A DNA stretch of 64,000 bases, taken from assembly GCA_963825065.1 (NCBI GenBank), contig CAWGRU010000016.1:41732-105731 (forward strand), in the 5' to 3' direction. Both the position numbers and the translations under genes were made by a program. This document shows, in pieces, positions 48,241 to 58,121 of this stretch (position 1 is the first letter of the stretch; each line of letters starts with the position of its first letter). The notes under the pieces were generated by a model. It saw nothing but the letters and a program-made list of their open reading frames with translations. It had not been told where the DNA came from and did no database searches. This DNA comes from an uncultured Gemmatimonadales bacterium. Its GTDB lineage: Bacteria > Gemmatimonadota > Gemmatimonadetes > Gemmatimonadales > GWC2-71-9.

Positions 48241-49617
48241 ATGGCCATCGGAATGTTGACGCTCGACGAGCTGAAACGGGAGATCGCCGCAGGCACGATC
48301 GACACGGTCGTCGCCGCCATGGTGGACATGCAGGGCCGGCTGATCGGCAAGCGCTTCCACGCACAGTTCTTTGCCGACGGCGCGTACCAGGAGACTCACG
48401 GCTGCAACTACCTGCTCGGCCTCGACATCGAGATGGAGCCGGTCCCCGGCTACAAGGCAACGGGCTGGGAGAAGGGCTACGGCGACTTCGTGCTGAAGCC
48501 CGACATGGCGACCCTGCGGCGCATTCCCTGGCTTCCCGGTACCGCCCTCGTGCTCTGCGATGTCCTCGATCATCACACCCATGAGGACGTGCCCCACTCG
48601 CCCCGCGCCATCCTGAAGCGCCAGGTGAAGCGCCTGGAGGCCATGAAGCTCAAGGCCTACATGGCATCCGAACTGGAGTTCTTCCTGTTTGACGACAGCT
48701 ACGACGTCGCCAACCAGAAGGGCTATCGCAATCTCAAGACTAGCGGATACTACATCGAGGACTACCATATCCTGCAGACGACCAAGGAAGAGGGCGTCAT
48801 GCGGGCGATCCGCAACGGGCTGCATGGCGCCGGCATACCGGTAGAAAATTCCAAGGGCGAATGGGGCCCGGGCCAGGAAGAGATCAACGTTCAGTATTCC
48901 GATGCGCTGGACATGGCGGACCGGCACGCCATCATCAAGAACGGCTGCAAGGAAATCGCCTACGGCCTCGGCAAGGCCATCACCTTCATGGCCAAGTGGG
49001 ACTACGGCATGGCCGGGAGTTCCTCACACATCCACCAGTCGCTCTGGTCGACCGACGGGAAGTCACCGCTGTTCTTCGACAAGGCGGCCGAGCATGGCAT
49101 GTCGGAGACGATGAAGCACTTTCTGGCGGGCCAGCTCGCACATGCCAGCGAGATCACCTACTTTCTCGCGCCGTACATCAACTCCTACAAGCGGTTCATG
49201 GCAGGCACCTTTGCGCCGACGCGCGCCATCTGGAGTCTCGACAACCGCACCGCGGGCTATCGTCTCTGCGGTGCGGACAGCAAGGCCATTCGCGTCGAAT
49301 GCCGCGTCGGTGGCGCCGACCTGAACCCCTACCTCGCCTTTGCCGCGCTGCTCGTCGCGGGCCTCGACGGAATCGAGAAGAAGATGCCGCTCGAGCCGGC
49401 GTTTTCGGGCGATGCCTATGATCCTTCCAAGAAGCTCCGTGAGATCCCCAAGACCCTGCGGGAAGCGTCCGCGCAGCTCGACAGTTCCAAGCTGCTGCGC
49501 GCGGCGATGGGCGACGACGTCGTCGACCACTATGTGCATACGGCCAAGTGGGAGCAGTTCGAATTCGACCGGCGCATCACCGATCTTGAACTGAAGCGCG
49601 GCTTCGAGCGCTATTGA
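48241..49617 (+). CDS. Glutamine synthetase-like gamma-glutamyl-amine ligase (PuuA/GlnA4-type)
   Basis: DMQGRLIGKR, SELEFFLF, KGEWGPGQEEIN, FMAK, HIHQS, NSYKR, DNRT, VECRVGGADLNPY. Confidence 0.9.
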   Translation: MAIGMLTLDELKREIAAGTIDTVVAAMVDMQGRLIGKRFHAQFFADGAYQETHGCNYLLGLDIEMEPVPGYKATGWEKGYGDFVLKPDMATLRRIPWLPGTALVLCDVLDHHTHEDVPHSPRAILKRQVKRLEAMKLKAYMASELEFFLFDDSYDVANQKGYRNLKTSGYYIEDYHILQTTKEEGVMRAIRNGLHGAGIPVENSKGEWGPGQEEINVQYSDALDMADRHAIIKNGCKEIAYGLGKAITFMAKWDYGMAGSSSHIHQSLWSTDGKSPLFFDKAAEHGMSETMKHFLAGQLAHASEITYFLAPYINSYKRFMAGTFAPTRAIWSLDNRTAGYRLCGADSKAIRVECRVGGADLNPYLAFAALLVAGLDGIEKKMPLEPAFSGDAYDPSKKLREIPKTLREASAQLDSSKLLRAAMGDDVVDHYVHTAKWEQFEFDRRITDLELKRGFERY

Positions 49618-49625
49618 GGCGAGCC

Positions 49626-51017
49626 ATGGCTGAATCCATCAAGTGCATCTCGCCGGTCGACGGCAGCGTCTACGCCAGCCGGCCGGTCGCCTCGAAGAAA
49701 CAGATCGCCGCCACCTTTGCGGTGGCCCATGCGGCACAGCACAGATGGAAGCGGGTACCCCTCGCCGAGCGCGCCGCCTGTTGCTCCGCCGCGGTGGACG
49801 CGATGCTCGCCATGAAGGACGAGATCGTGCCGGAGCTGGCGTGGCAGATGGGCCGGCCGGTGCGCCATGGCGCCGGCGAACTGCGCGGATTCGAGGAGCG
49901 GGCCCGCTACATGATCGGCATCGCCGGACAGGCGCTGGCGAACATCGATCCCGGTCCGAAGGATGGCTTCGTACGCTACATCAAGCGCGAGCCGCTTGGC
50001 GTGGTCCTTACCATCGCACCATGGAACTACCCGTACCTGACCGCCGTCAACTCGATCATCCCGGCGCTGATGACCGGCAATACGGTGGTGCTGAAGCATG
50101 CGGCCTCGACGCTGCTGGTGGCCGAGCGTTTCCAGAAGGCCTTCAACCGGGCCGGGCTGCCGAGGGGCGTCTTCCAGCATCTCGTGGTCAATCACCACCA
50201 GGCCGCCGAGATCATTTCCGGCGGCCTGGTCAACATGGTGTGCTTCACCGGATCGGTCGCCGGCGGCAAGGCAATGGAGCAGGCCTCGGCCGGTCGCTTC
50301 ATCAACGTGGGCCTGGAACTCGGCGGCAAGGATCCGGCCTATGTGCGGCCCGACGCCAACATGCCCCACGCCATCGAGAACCTGGTGGACGGGGCCTTCT
50401 TCAATTCCGGGCAGAGCTGCTGCGGCATCGAGCGCATCTATGTCCACAAGCAGGTGTGGAACGAGTTCATCGATGGCTTCGTCAGTCTCACGAAGCAGTA
50501 TGTGCTGGGCTCACCACTCGACGAGGCGACGACCCTCGGCCCCATGGTGAAGGCCGAGGCCGCGGACTTCGTCCGCAAGCAGATCAAGTCCGCCGTGCGT
50601 GCCGGCGCGAAGGCCCACATCGATCCCAGGTCCTTCGCGATGGACAAGGCGGGCACGCCCTACATGGCGCCGCAGGTGCTTACCTCCGTCACCCACAAGA
50701 TGAGCGTGATGGTCGAGGAAAGCTTCGGCCCCGTGGTGGGCATCATGAAGGTGTCCGATGACCATGAGGCGGTCCGCCTGATGAATGACTCGCCCTATGG
50801 CCTGACGGCGGCGATCTGGACCGAGGATGCCGGTGCCGCCGCGAAGCTCGGCGACGAGATCGCCACCGGCACCGTGTTCATGAACCGCTGCGACTATCTT
50901 GATCCGGCGCTGACCTGGACCGGTGTCAAGGACACCGGCCGCGGGGCCACGCTGTCAGTGCTCGGATACGACGCATTGACCCGCCCCAAGAGCTACCACT
51001 TCAGGACCAGGACATGA
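49626..51017 (+). CDS. Aldehyde dehydrogenase
   Basis: APWNYP, FTGS, LELGGKDP, GQSCC, EESFGP. Confidence 0.9.
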   Translation: MAESIKCISPVDGSVYASRPVASKKQIAATFAVAHAAQHRWKRVPLAERAACCSAAVDAMLAMKDEIVPELAWQMGRPVRHGAGELRGFEERARYMIGIAGQALANIDPGPKDGFVRYIKREPLGVVLTIAPWNYPYLTAVNSIIPALMTGNTVVLKHAASTLLVAERFQKAFNRAGLPRGVFQHLVVNHHQAAEIISGGLVNMVCFTGSVAGGKAMEQASAGRFINVGLELGGKDPAYVRPDANMPHAIENLVDGAFFNSGQSCCGIERIYVHKQVWNEFIDGFVSLTKQYVLGSPLDEATTLGPMVKAEAADFVRKQIKSAVRAGAKAHIDPRSFAMDKAGTPYMAPQVLTSVTHKMSVMVEESFGPVVGIMKVSDDHEAVRLMNDSPYGLTAAIWTEDAGAAAKLGDEIATGTVFMNRCDYLDPALTWTGVKDTGRGATLSVLGYDALTRPKSYHFRTRT

Positions 51018-52174
51018 CGATTCCGAACCGCAACCTGAACTACCCGACGGCCATCAAGTTCGGCGCGGGCCGCATCAGCGAACTCGCCGATCACTGCCGG
51101 GCCAATGGCATCGTCCGGCCGCTCTTCGTCACCGATCCGGGCCTCGCGGCCATGCCGATGGTCCAGGCGATCGTCGAGGAGGTGAGACGGGCCGGCCTCG
51201 ACATCAGGGTCTTCTCCGATGTGCGGCCCAATCCGGTCGAGGCCAATGTCATCGAGGGGGTCAAGGCCTTCAAGGCCGGCGATCACGATGGCGTGGTGGC
51301 CTTCGGCGGCGGCTCGGCGCTCGACATCGGCAAGATGGTCGCGCTGATGCACGGCCAGCAGATCTCCATCTTCGCGCTGGAGGACGTGGACGACTGGTGG
51401 ACCAGGGCGGACGCGTCGAAGATCTCACCCATCATCGCCGTACCCACCACGGCCGGCACGGGATCGGAGGTGGGCCGCGCCGGCGTCGTCACCCATCCGG
51501 TCACCCACGAGAAGAAGATCATCTTCCACCCGGCGATCATGCCCAAGGTGGCAATCCTCGATCCGGAACTTACCATCGGCCTGCCCGCGAAGTTGACGGC
51601 GTCGACCGGCATGGATGCAATGGCCCACAATCTCGAGGCCTATTGCGCACCCGCCTATCATCCCCTCTCCAAGGGCGTGGCGCTTGAAGGCATGCGGCTG
51701 ATCAAGGACAACCTCCCGCTGGCCGTCAAGGACGGCACGGATATCGATGCGCGCGGCAACATGCTGGTCGCCTCTGCCATGGGCGCCGTGGCCTTCCAGC
51801 GGGGGCTCGGTGCGATCCACGCCCTGTCGCACCCCTTCGGTGGACTGTATGACGCGCATCATGGCCTGCTCAACGGCATCGTCATGCCCTACGTGCTGAA
51901 GGCAAATCGGCGGGCGATCAAGCAGGACATCGAACGCGCCGCCGCCTATCTCGGGATCAAGGGCGGCTTCAACGGCTTTCTCAAGTGGGTTCTGGCACTG
52001 CGCCAGGAGATCGGGATCCCCCACACTCTTGCGGAGATCGGCATCGACACCGGGCGCCTCGACGCGGTGGCGGCGATGGCGATCAAGGACCCCACCGCCG
52101 GCAGCAACCCCATCGCCTTCACCAAGAGGCAGTACAAGGCGCTGGCGTTGAAGTGCGTGAACGGCGATCTCTGA
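51014..52174 (+). CDS. Iron-containing alcohol dehydrogenase
   Basis: GGGSALD, PTTAGTGSE, GMDAMAH, H.LSH, HHG metal ligands. Confidence 0.92.
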   Translation: MTIPNRNLNYPTAIKFGAGRISELADHCRANGIVRPLFVTDPGLAAMPMVQAIVEEVRRAGLDIRVFSDVRPNPVEANVIEGVKAFKAGDHDGVVAFGGGSALDIGKMVALMHGQQISIFALEDVDDWWTRADASKISPIIAVPTTAGTGSEVGRAGVVTHPVTHEKKIIFHPAIMPKVAILDPELTIGLPAKLTASTGMDAMAHNLEAYCAPAYHPLSKGVALEGMRLIKDNLPLAVKDGTDIDARGNMLVASAMGAVAFQRGLGAIHALSHPFGGLYDAHHGLLNGIVMPYVLKANRRAIKQDIERAAAYLGIKGGFNGFLKWVLALRQEIGIPHTLAEIGIDTGRLDAVAAMAIKDPTAGSNPIAFTKRQYKALALKCVNGDL

Positions 52175-52190
52175 GCCGGTCGCCGGGCGA

Positions 52191-54296
52191 ATGCCAGCCC
52201 GTCGCCTCCTGCCTCCGGCTGTCCCCGCCCCGCTGCGGCGACTGACAGGCATCGCCCTCGCCCTCCTGGTCCGGGCGGGAATGCTCACGGCCCAGGGCAT
52301 GCCCGGCCTGATGCCGCTCCCGGCGCATGTGGAGGTCGCCGACGGCCAGCTCCGGCTCGACAGCGCCTTCACCGTGTCGGCACCGCAATTCGCCAACGAC
52401 CGCCTTCGCGACGGGATCGCGCGCGCGCTCGCCCGCCTCTCCGCCCGTATCGGCCAGCCGCTCGGCCGGACCCTCCGCCGACAGGGCCCGGCCACACTCA
52501 CCGTGGGCGTCACCGCAGCGGGTGAGGCGATCCAGACGCCGGAGGAAATCGAGTCCTATACCCTGGACGTGGACTCAGTGGGCGTCGTCCTCAGCGCCCC
52601 GACGGTCGTCGGGGCGCTGCATGGGCTCGAGACGCTCGTGCAGCTGGTGAGCGGCGATTCGGCCGGCTTCCACCTTCCGGTGGTGCGGATCCGCGACCAG
52701 CCCCGGTTCAAGTGGCGCGGTTTGCTGATCGATGCCGGACGCCACTTCATGCCACCGGCGGTCATCCGGCGCACCCTCGACGGCATGGCGGTGGTCAAGC
52801 TGAACGTGCTGCACTGGCACCTCTCGGACGACCAGGGCTTCCGGGTCGAGAGCCGCCGCTATCCTCGGCTGCAGCAGCTCGGCTCCGACAGCCTCTACTA
52901 CACCCAGGACGAGATCCGCGAAATCGTCGCCTACGCGCGTGACCGCGGCATCCGGGTCGTTCCCGAGTTCGACATGCCGGGGCATTCCACCTCGTGGTTC
53001 GTCGGCTACCCCCAGTACGCGAGTGCCCCCGGGCCGTACCACCTCATCCGCGAATTCGGGGTGTTCCACGCCGCGTTCGATCCGACGCGGGAGGAGACCT
53101 ACCGGTTCATCGATCGATTCATCGGCGAGATGGCCACCCTCTTCCCGGACCCTTATTGGCATATCGGCGGCGACGAGGTGAGCCCGACCCAGTGGAACCA
53201 GAACCCGCACATCGTGCGGTTCAAGCGGCTGAAGGGCTTCAAGGACAACGCGGCACTCCAGGCGTACTTCAACCAGCGACTCTCGCAGATCCTCGCCCGC
53301 CACCACAGGCGGATGGTAGGCTGGGACGAGATTCTCCACCCCGACCTTCCGAAGACCGCGGTCATCCAGTCGTGGCGCGGCACCGAGTACCTGGGCCGCG
53401 CCGCGAGGCAGGGTTACAGCGGAATTCTCTCCGCGCCGTTCTACCTCGATCACATCGACCCCGCCGACCAGCACTACCTGGCCGATCCGCTCCCCGGCAC
53501 CGACTCGCTCGCGCCTGACGAGGCGGCGCGGGTCCTCGGCGGCGAGGCCTGCATGTGGGCCGAGCACATCGACCTGGAGACCATCGACTCCCGGATCTGG
53601 CCGCGGATGGCCGCCATCGCCGAGCGGTTCTGGTCGCCCGCCTCGGTGCGGGACGTGGACGACATGTACCGCCGACTCGCGCCCGTCAGCATCGAGCTGG
53701 AGCGCGCCGGAATCGGCCACGAGGAGCATACCGCCCGCATGCTCCGGCTGCTGACCGGCCTGCGGGGGGTTCAGCCGCTGCGGGAACTTCTCGCGGTGAC
53801 CATGCCGGTCACCTTCGGGCAGCGGTCCCGGCTGCAGGGGGCCACCCAGCGCACCGCCCTTACCCGCCTCGTCGACGCGGCGCGCCCCGATCCATGGGCC
53901 CGCTCACGGATGAATCGCCTGGCGCGGGAGGTTGTGATGGATCCCGGTGGCGCGGTGACCGCCCGAGACACTCTGCGCAGTCTGTTCGAGAGCTGGCGAC
54001 CGCTCAGGGCCCAGGTGACCGCGCTGAGCGACTCCCTGCCACTTGCAGGCGATGGAATACCCGCGGCGCAGGCCCTCGACTCACTCGCTGATCTCGGCAT
54101 CGCGTCGCTGGACCATCTGACGGAAGGCGGGGCGCCCGCGGGCTGGAAGGAGGGCGCGCTGACCGAACTCGACGACCTCGCCAGGCCGAAGGGGTTGCTG
54201 CGACTGGCGGGGGTGGACGCGGTGCGGTCCCTGGTGAAGGCAGTGCCGCCGAGCACCCCCGTCCCGGCAATTCGTCCTGATTCGAGCGTTCCTTAG
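52191..54296 (+). CDS. Beta-N-acetylhexosaminidase (GH20), exported
   Basis: D.PRFKWRGLLID.GRHF, HWHLSDDQGFR, PEFDMPGH, HIGGDE (catalytic DE), GGEACMWAE, WPR. Confidence 0.92.
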   Translation: MPARRLLPPAVPAPLRRLTGIALALLVRAGMLTAQGMPGLMPLPAHVEVADGQLRLDSAFTVSAPQFANDRLRDGIARALARLSARIGQPLGRTLRRQGPATLTVGVTAAGEAIQTPEEIESYTLDVDSVGVVLSAPTVVGALHGLETLVQLVSGDSAGFHLPVVRIRDQPRFKWRGLLIDAGRHFMPPAVIRRTLDGMAVVKLNVLHWHLSDDQGFRVESRRYPRLQQLGSDSLYYTQDEIREIVAYARDRGIRVVPEFDMPGHSTSWFVGYPQYASAPGPYHLIREFGVFHAAFDPTREETYRFIDRFIGEMATLFPDPYWHIGGDEVSPTQWNQNPHIVRFKRLKGFKDNAALQAYFNQRLSQILARHHRRMVGWDEILHPDLPKTAVIQSWRGTEYLGRAARQGYSGILSAPFYLDHIDPADQHYLADPLPGTDSLAPDEAARVLGGEACMWAEHIDLETIDSRIWPRMAAIAERFWSPASVRDVDDMYRRLAPVSIELERAGIGHEEHTARMLRLLTGLRGVQPLRELLAVTMPVTFGQRSRLQGATQRTALTRLVDAARPDPWARSRMNRLAREVVMDPGGAVTARDTLRSLFESWRPLRAQVTALSDSLPLAGDGIPAAQALDSLADLGIASLDHLTEGGAPAGWKEGALTELDDLARPKGLLRLAGVDAVRSLVKAVPPSTPVPAIRPDSSVP

Positions 54297-54919
54297 CGGC
54301 CCGTCATCAGCCGCAGCCCGAACAGCACCAGCATCGCCGCAAGCAGGAAGTTGATCGCCCGCGCCCACCGGCGGTACCCGAGCTGGACCGCTTCCGACGA
54401 GAAGCCCACCGCAAGCCCGCCATACCACAGAAAACAGAGCACCAGCACGCCGCCCGCCGCCGCGAAGCGCACCCAGAGCGGCACTGCCGGGGCGACGGTC
54501 ACGCCCAGGAGACTGAGGTAGAAGGGAAGGGTGTTGGGATTGGTGAGGCTGGTCAGCGCACCGGCCCGGAATGAGGACCCCTTCGGCGGGGGCAAACCGT
54601 CGATGCGAGTGAGCAGATCGCCCCCCTTGAGGGCCGCGCGCAACGCCCGGAATCCCATCCAGCCGAGATACAACCCGCCCACCACGCGGAGGACAACCGC
54701 GAATCCCGGCGCCCGTTCGAAGAGGTAGTGGGCGCCCCCCAGGGTCAGGGCCAGCCAGCAGAGATTCCCAGCCGTGACGCCCAGGACTGCAACCACGGCC
54801 GGCCGCCGCCCCTCGGTGAGCGCCAGCCTGGTGACGATGAAGGTGTTGGGGCCGGGACTGATCACCGCCGTCAGGTACACGGCGAAGATCGAGCCGAGCA
54901 GTGGGAATTCCCGGGTCAT
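54293..54919 (-). CDS. LysE/RhtB family translocator
   Basis: SPGPN, GGLYLGWMG, LTNP motifs, about 6 TM segments. Start at ATG 54919. Confidence 0.88.
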   Translation of the reverse strand: MTREFPLLGSIFAVYLTAVISPGPNTFIVTRLALTEGRRPAVVAVLGVTAGNLCWLALTLGGAHYLFERAPGFAVVLRVVGGLYLGWMGFRALRAALKGGDLLTRIDGLPPPKGSSFRAGALTSLTNPNTLPFYLSLLGVTVAPAVPLWVRFAAAGGVLVLCFLWYGGLAVGFSSEAVQLGYRRWARAINFLLAAMLVLFGLRLMTGR

Positions 54920-55131
54920 TGCACGGTCTGCCGGGGGCCGACCCGTCCTGCTGACTGATTCGGCGACGGCCGGCGCGGCGGGCGGGTGGGGAGGCGCGGC
55001 CGCAGGGCTCGGCAGGAGGGTTCCACGGGTATCGGTCGACGGAGATCGGGGGAGCCGGGCAGTGCGGGGAGGCGGCCCTTCCGCGTCCCCTGATTGTCCA
55101 GTAACTCTAAGCACCACATCATGCCCGGGCG

Positions 55132-55161
55132 ATAGCACGTGGAGCCGGAGGGTGCTAGAAT
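55132..55161 (+). promoter_or_regulatory. CIRCE-like inverted repeat overlapping an extended -10 (TGC-TAGAAT) upstream of the kinase
   Basis: ATAGCACGT-N9-GGGTGCTAG versus TTAGCACTC-N9-GAGTGCTAA. The core TAGCAC-N13-GTGCTA is exact. Confidence 0.45.
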
Positions 55162-55210
55162 CCCGCTCCGTGCTATTGTTGCTTACTGTTGCCTGTAGCC
55201 CAGCGTTCTG

Positions 55211-57166
55211 ATGACCGTGACGTCCGCCTGCGCACGCTGCCAGACCCCTCTCGACCCCGGCGCCCGGTTCTGCCAGGTGTGCGGGCTGAGTGCGTCCGGT
55301 GAGCAGACGGCGCCCCTGCCGACGCTGCTCCAGGTGCTGCGGCAGGGAACCCTCGGCGAATACGAGATCCTGCGGGAGATCGGCCAGGGCGGGATGGCCA
55401 CGGTCTTCCTGGCGCACGAGATCGCCCTGGATCGCAAGGTGGCCATCAAGGTGATGTCGCCCCAGTTCGTGCACGGGGTGGACATGATCGAGCGATTCAA
55501 GCGGGAGGCGCGCACCGCGGCGGGGCTCAACCACCCGCACATCATCCCGATCTACGCGGTCCGCGAATCGCAGCAGTTGTTGTTCTTCGTGATGAAGAAC
55601 ATCTCGGGCCGGTCCCTGGACGCAATCCTCCGCGACGTGGGTCCGCTGCCCTTCCCGATGGTCCGTTCCATCCTCTCCGACATCGGCTCCGCCCTCGACT
55701 ACGCCCATCGCCAGGGCGTGGTGCATCGCGACGTGAAGCCGGGCAACATCATGATCGACGAGGAGGGGTTCGCGGTCATCACCGACTTCGGCATCGCCCG
55801 CGCGGCCCAGAGCGACTCCCTGACGCGCAGCGGCACCACGGTCGGCACCCCGAGCTATCTCTCCCCCGAGGCCTGCTCCGGGGAGACCGTCGGCCCCGCC
55901 GCCGACCAGTATTCGCTCGGGATCGTCGGCTACGAGATGATCACCGGGCAGCTCCCCTTCAGCGCCGAGTCGAGCCTCGGCATGATGTACGCCCAGGTGC
56001 ATTCCCCGCCGCGGCCGAGCGACCAGCTCCGCCCCGATTGCCCGGCCGATCTCCGCGACGCGATCATGCGGATGCTGGAGAAGGCGCCGTCGGACCGGTT
56101 CGCGAATCTGAAGGAAGCGGTCCTGGCGATCAGCGGAGCCCGCGTCAGCGGAAGGAGCAGCGGTGGCAACGGGACCGACGGCGAGGACAGCGGCGTGCGG
56201 ACCCACATCGGACTGCTCGCGGTGCCCCGCCCCGGCCGGCCGGTTGGAGAGATTCGGACTCCGGCGAGCCCCGCGCCGCTCAGCCGGGTGCCGCCGAGCA
56301 GCCGGACCGCGGCCAGGCAGCGGCGGGTGCAGTTCGGCCGGGTGCTGGTGGGGTTGCTGCTCGCCGCGCTGGGCGCCGGCGCGACCTTCCTGACGATTCG
56401 GGCCCGGCAGGAGGCGATGCTGGCCCCCGATTCTGGTCCCGCCGCCCCCGCGCCGGCCGACACCAAGGCGGACAGCACCCTGCTGGTAGCGCGGGGCGCG
56501 GCAGAGTATGCCCGCGAACGAGCGGTGACCTCCGGCGCTACGCTGCTCTCCCTCTCGCAGGGCGACTCGCTCCGCGCTGCCGCGGAATCGGCGGCCGCCC
56601 TCGGGCAGAAGACCGATGCCGCCCTGCTGCTGACCCGGGCCACTGGCATCTACAGCAACGCCGAACGCCCGACCCAGGCCGTCCAGGCCCCCGAGACTGC
56701 CCGCGCGGTCCGCCCATCGGTCCCCCCTGGCGGGGGGCCCGTCGTGAGCCCGTTGCCGGTCTCGCCGGGCAGCGGGGTGCAGCCGACCACCACCCCAACC
56801 GACCCATCGCAGAGCCAGCTTCCCGACTCGGTGGCGGTCGTCCGGTTCTACGTGGAGCTGCAGCGCGCGATTGCGGCCCGCCAGCTCGGCGAGGTCCGCC
56901 GCCTGGTACAAAACCTCACCGACGCCGACGAGCAGGAGTTCCGCAAGGTCTTCGAGGACGACGACATCGCCACCGTGCAGCCGGTGTACACGGTGGAGAC
57001 TGTCACCCGGCGCGAGGATGTGGTCTACGCGCGGGTCCACGAGGAAATGACGGTGGTCGATCGCAAGGGCAAGGTGAGCAAGAAGCGGGACAACATCCTG
57101 TTCACCCGCCTGACGCTCGGGCCGCAGGGCTGGCGACAGATCCGGTCCGAGAAGGGAAAGAAGTGA
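55211..57166 (+). CDS. Hanks-type Ser/Thr protein kinase (zinc ribbon-kinase-TM-extracytoplasmic domain)
   Basis: [41 protein letters not shown], one TM segment. Confidence 0.93.
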   Translation: MTVTSACARCQTPLDPGARFCQVCGLSASGEQTAPLPTLLQVLRQGTLGEYEILREIGQGGMATVFLAHEIALDRKVAIKVMSPQFVHGVDMIERFKREARTAAGLNHPHIIPIYAVRESQQLLFFVMKNISGRSLDAILRDVGPLPFPMVRSILSDIGSALDYAHRQGVVHRDVKPGNIMIDEEGFAVITDFGIARAAQSDSLTRSGTTVGTPSYLSPEACSGETVGPAADQYSLGIVGYEMITGQLPFSAESSLGMMYAQVHSPPRPSDQLRPDCPADLRDAIMRMLEKAPSDRFANLKEAVLAISGARVSGRSSGGNGTDGEDSGVRTHIGLLAVPRPGRPVGEIRTPASPAPLSRVPPSSRTAARQRRVQFGRVLVGLLLAALGAGATFLTIRARQEAMLAPDSGPAAPAPADTKADSTLLVARGAAEYARERAVTSGATLLSLSQGDSLRAAAESAAALGQKTDAALLLTRATGIYSNAERPTQAVQAPETARAVRPSVPPGGGPVVSPLPVSPGSGVQPTTTPTDPSQSQLPDSVAVVRFYVELQRAIAARQLGEVRRLVQNLTDADEQEFRKVFEDDDIATVQPVYTVETVTRREDVVYARVHEEMTVVDRKGKVSKKRDNILFTRLTLGPQGWRQIRSEKGKK

Positions 57167-57579
57167 CCCCGCCCTTCCACCTGGCCTTTCCGGTGCACGA
57201 CCTCGCCCTCGCCCGGGGCTTCTACGGCGGGCTGCTGGGGTGCACCGAGGGGCGGAGTTCCGACCAGTGGGTCGACTTCGACTTCTACGGCCACCAGGTG
57301 GTCGCCCATCTTTCGCCGGAGGAGGTGCGCGCGGCGCGGGCTAATCAGGTCGACGGCAAGAACGTGCCGGTCCGCCACTTCGGCGTGATTCTCGGCTGGG
57401 AGGAATGGCACGCCCTGGCCGACCGCCTGCGCAAGGCGGGCGTCCGGTTCATCATCGAGCCGGGCATCCGGTTTGCCGGTCAGGTCGGGGAGCAGGCGAC
57501 GATGTTCTTCCTCGATCCCTCCGGCAACGCGCTCGAGTTCAAGTCCTTCCGCGACATGAGCCGCATCTTCGCCCGCTAG
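57163..57579 (+). CDS. VOC/glyoxalase family protein
   Basis: [37 protein letters not shown] overlap with the kinase stop. Confidence 0.88.
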   Translation: MTPPFHLAFPVHDLALARGFYGGLLGCTEGRSSDQWVDFDFYGHQVVAHLSPEEVRAARANQVDGKNVPVRHFGVILGWEEWHALADRLRKAGVRFIIEPGIRFAGQVGEQATMFFLDPSGNALEFKSFRDMSRIFAR

Positions 57580-57592
57580 CGCGGCGCGATCC

Positions 57593-58030
57593 TCACTTCC
57601 CCCCCGTCGACCCGCCACCGCCGCCCGATCCGAAGACCCCGGGTCCACCTAACAATCGATACAGCAGATACAGCCCGCCGCCCACCCCGGCGCCGAGCAG
57701 AACCGTGCCCCCGGTCGAGAGCCGCCGCTGGCTGACGAAGGCGAGGCGCATCCGCGGAAACGGGACCTCTTCCCCGCGCCAGCTCGTGGGGATCCCGCGG
57801 ACACTGCTCACTGAGGCGATCGAGAGCCGGAGCGTGTCCGGCGTGGCCGCCACGACCTGGCCCGAGACCTCGGCGACCTCGGGGCCCAGGACGGGAACCA
57901 TGGCCGTCGTGCCATCCTGGGTGAGACCGGCGTTGATGTGCGCACCGGCGGCGGGACCCGGCGCCGTGACCGGTGCATAGGTGTAGCAGGCTGAACAGCA
58001 GAGCAACGTCAGACCCAGCGTGCGATGCAT
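57593..58030 (-). CDS. Hypothetical lipoprotein
   Basis: MHRTLGLTLLCCSA-CYTYAPV lipobox, C-terminal hydrophobic segment and Gly-rich tail. Confidence 0.72.
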   Translation of the reverse strand: MHRTLGLTLLCCSACYTYAPVTAPGPAAGAHINAGLTQDGTTAMVPVLGPEVAEVSGQVVAATPDTLRLSIASVSSVRGIPTSWRGEEVPFPRMRLAFVSQRRLSTGGTVLLGAGVGGGLYLLYRLLGGPGVFGSGGGGGSTGGK

Positions 58031-58121
58031 GGAGCGCTCCCTGGCCAAGGCCGCGGTGGGGCACCGGACACCGGATCCCCGGTCCTCGGGTACCCGGTGC
58101 CCGGCGCGTGAAGCGGTGCGG

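Noticed and set aside
48241-49617. Annotation as true glutamine synthetase glnA
   Set aside because: The gene context (amidohydrolase, ALDH, ADH) and the short PuuA-like form point to a gamma-glutamyl-amine ligase.
47357-52190. Cassette as an integrative mobile element
   Set aside because: No integrase, transposase, tRNA or convincing direct repeats at the borders; only a 6-nt ATGCCA coincidence.
54920-57040. 915-aa minus-strand ORF suggesting a giant LysE fusion
   Set aside because: Only the last 208 codons are LysE. The rest is the antisense shadow of the kinase and the intergenic region.
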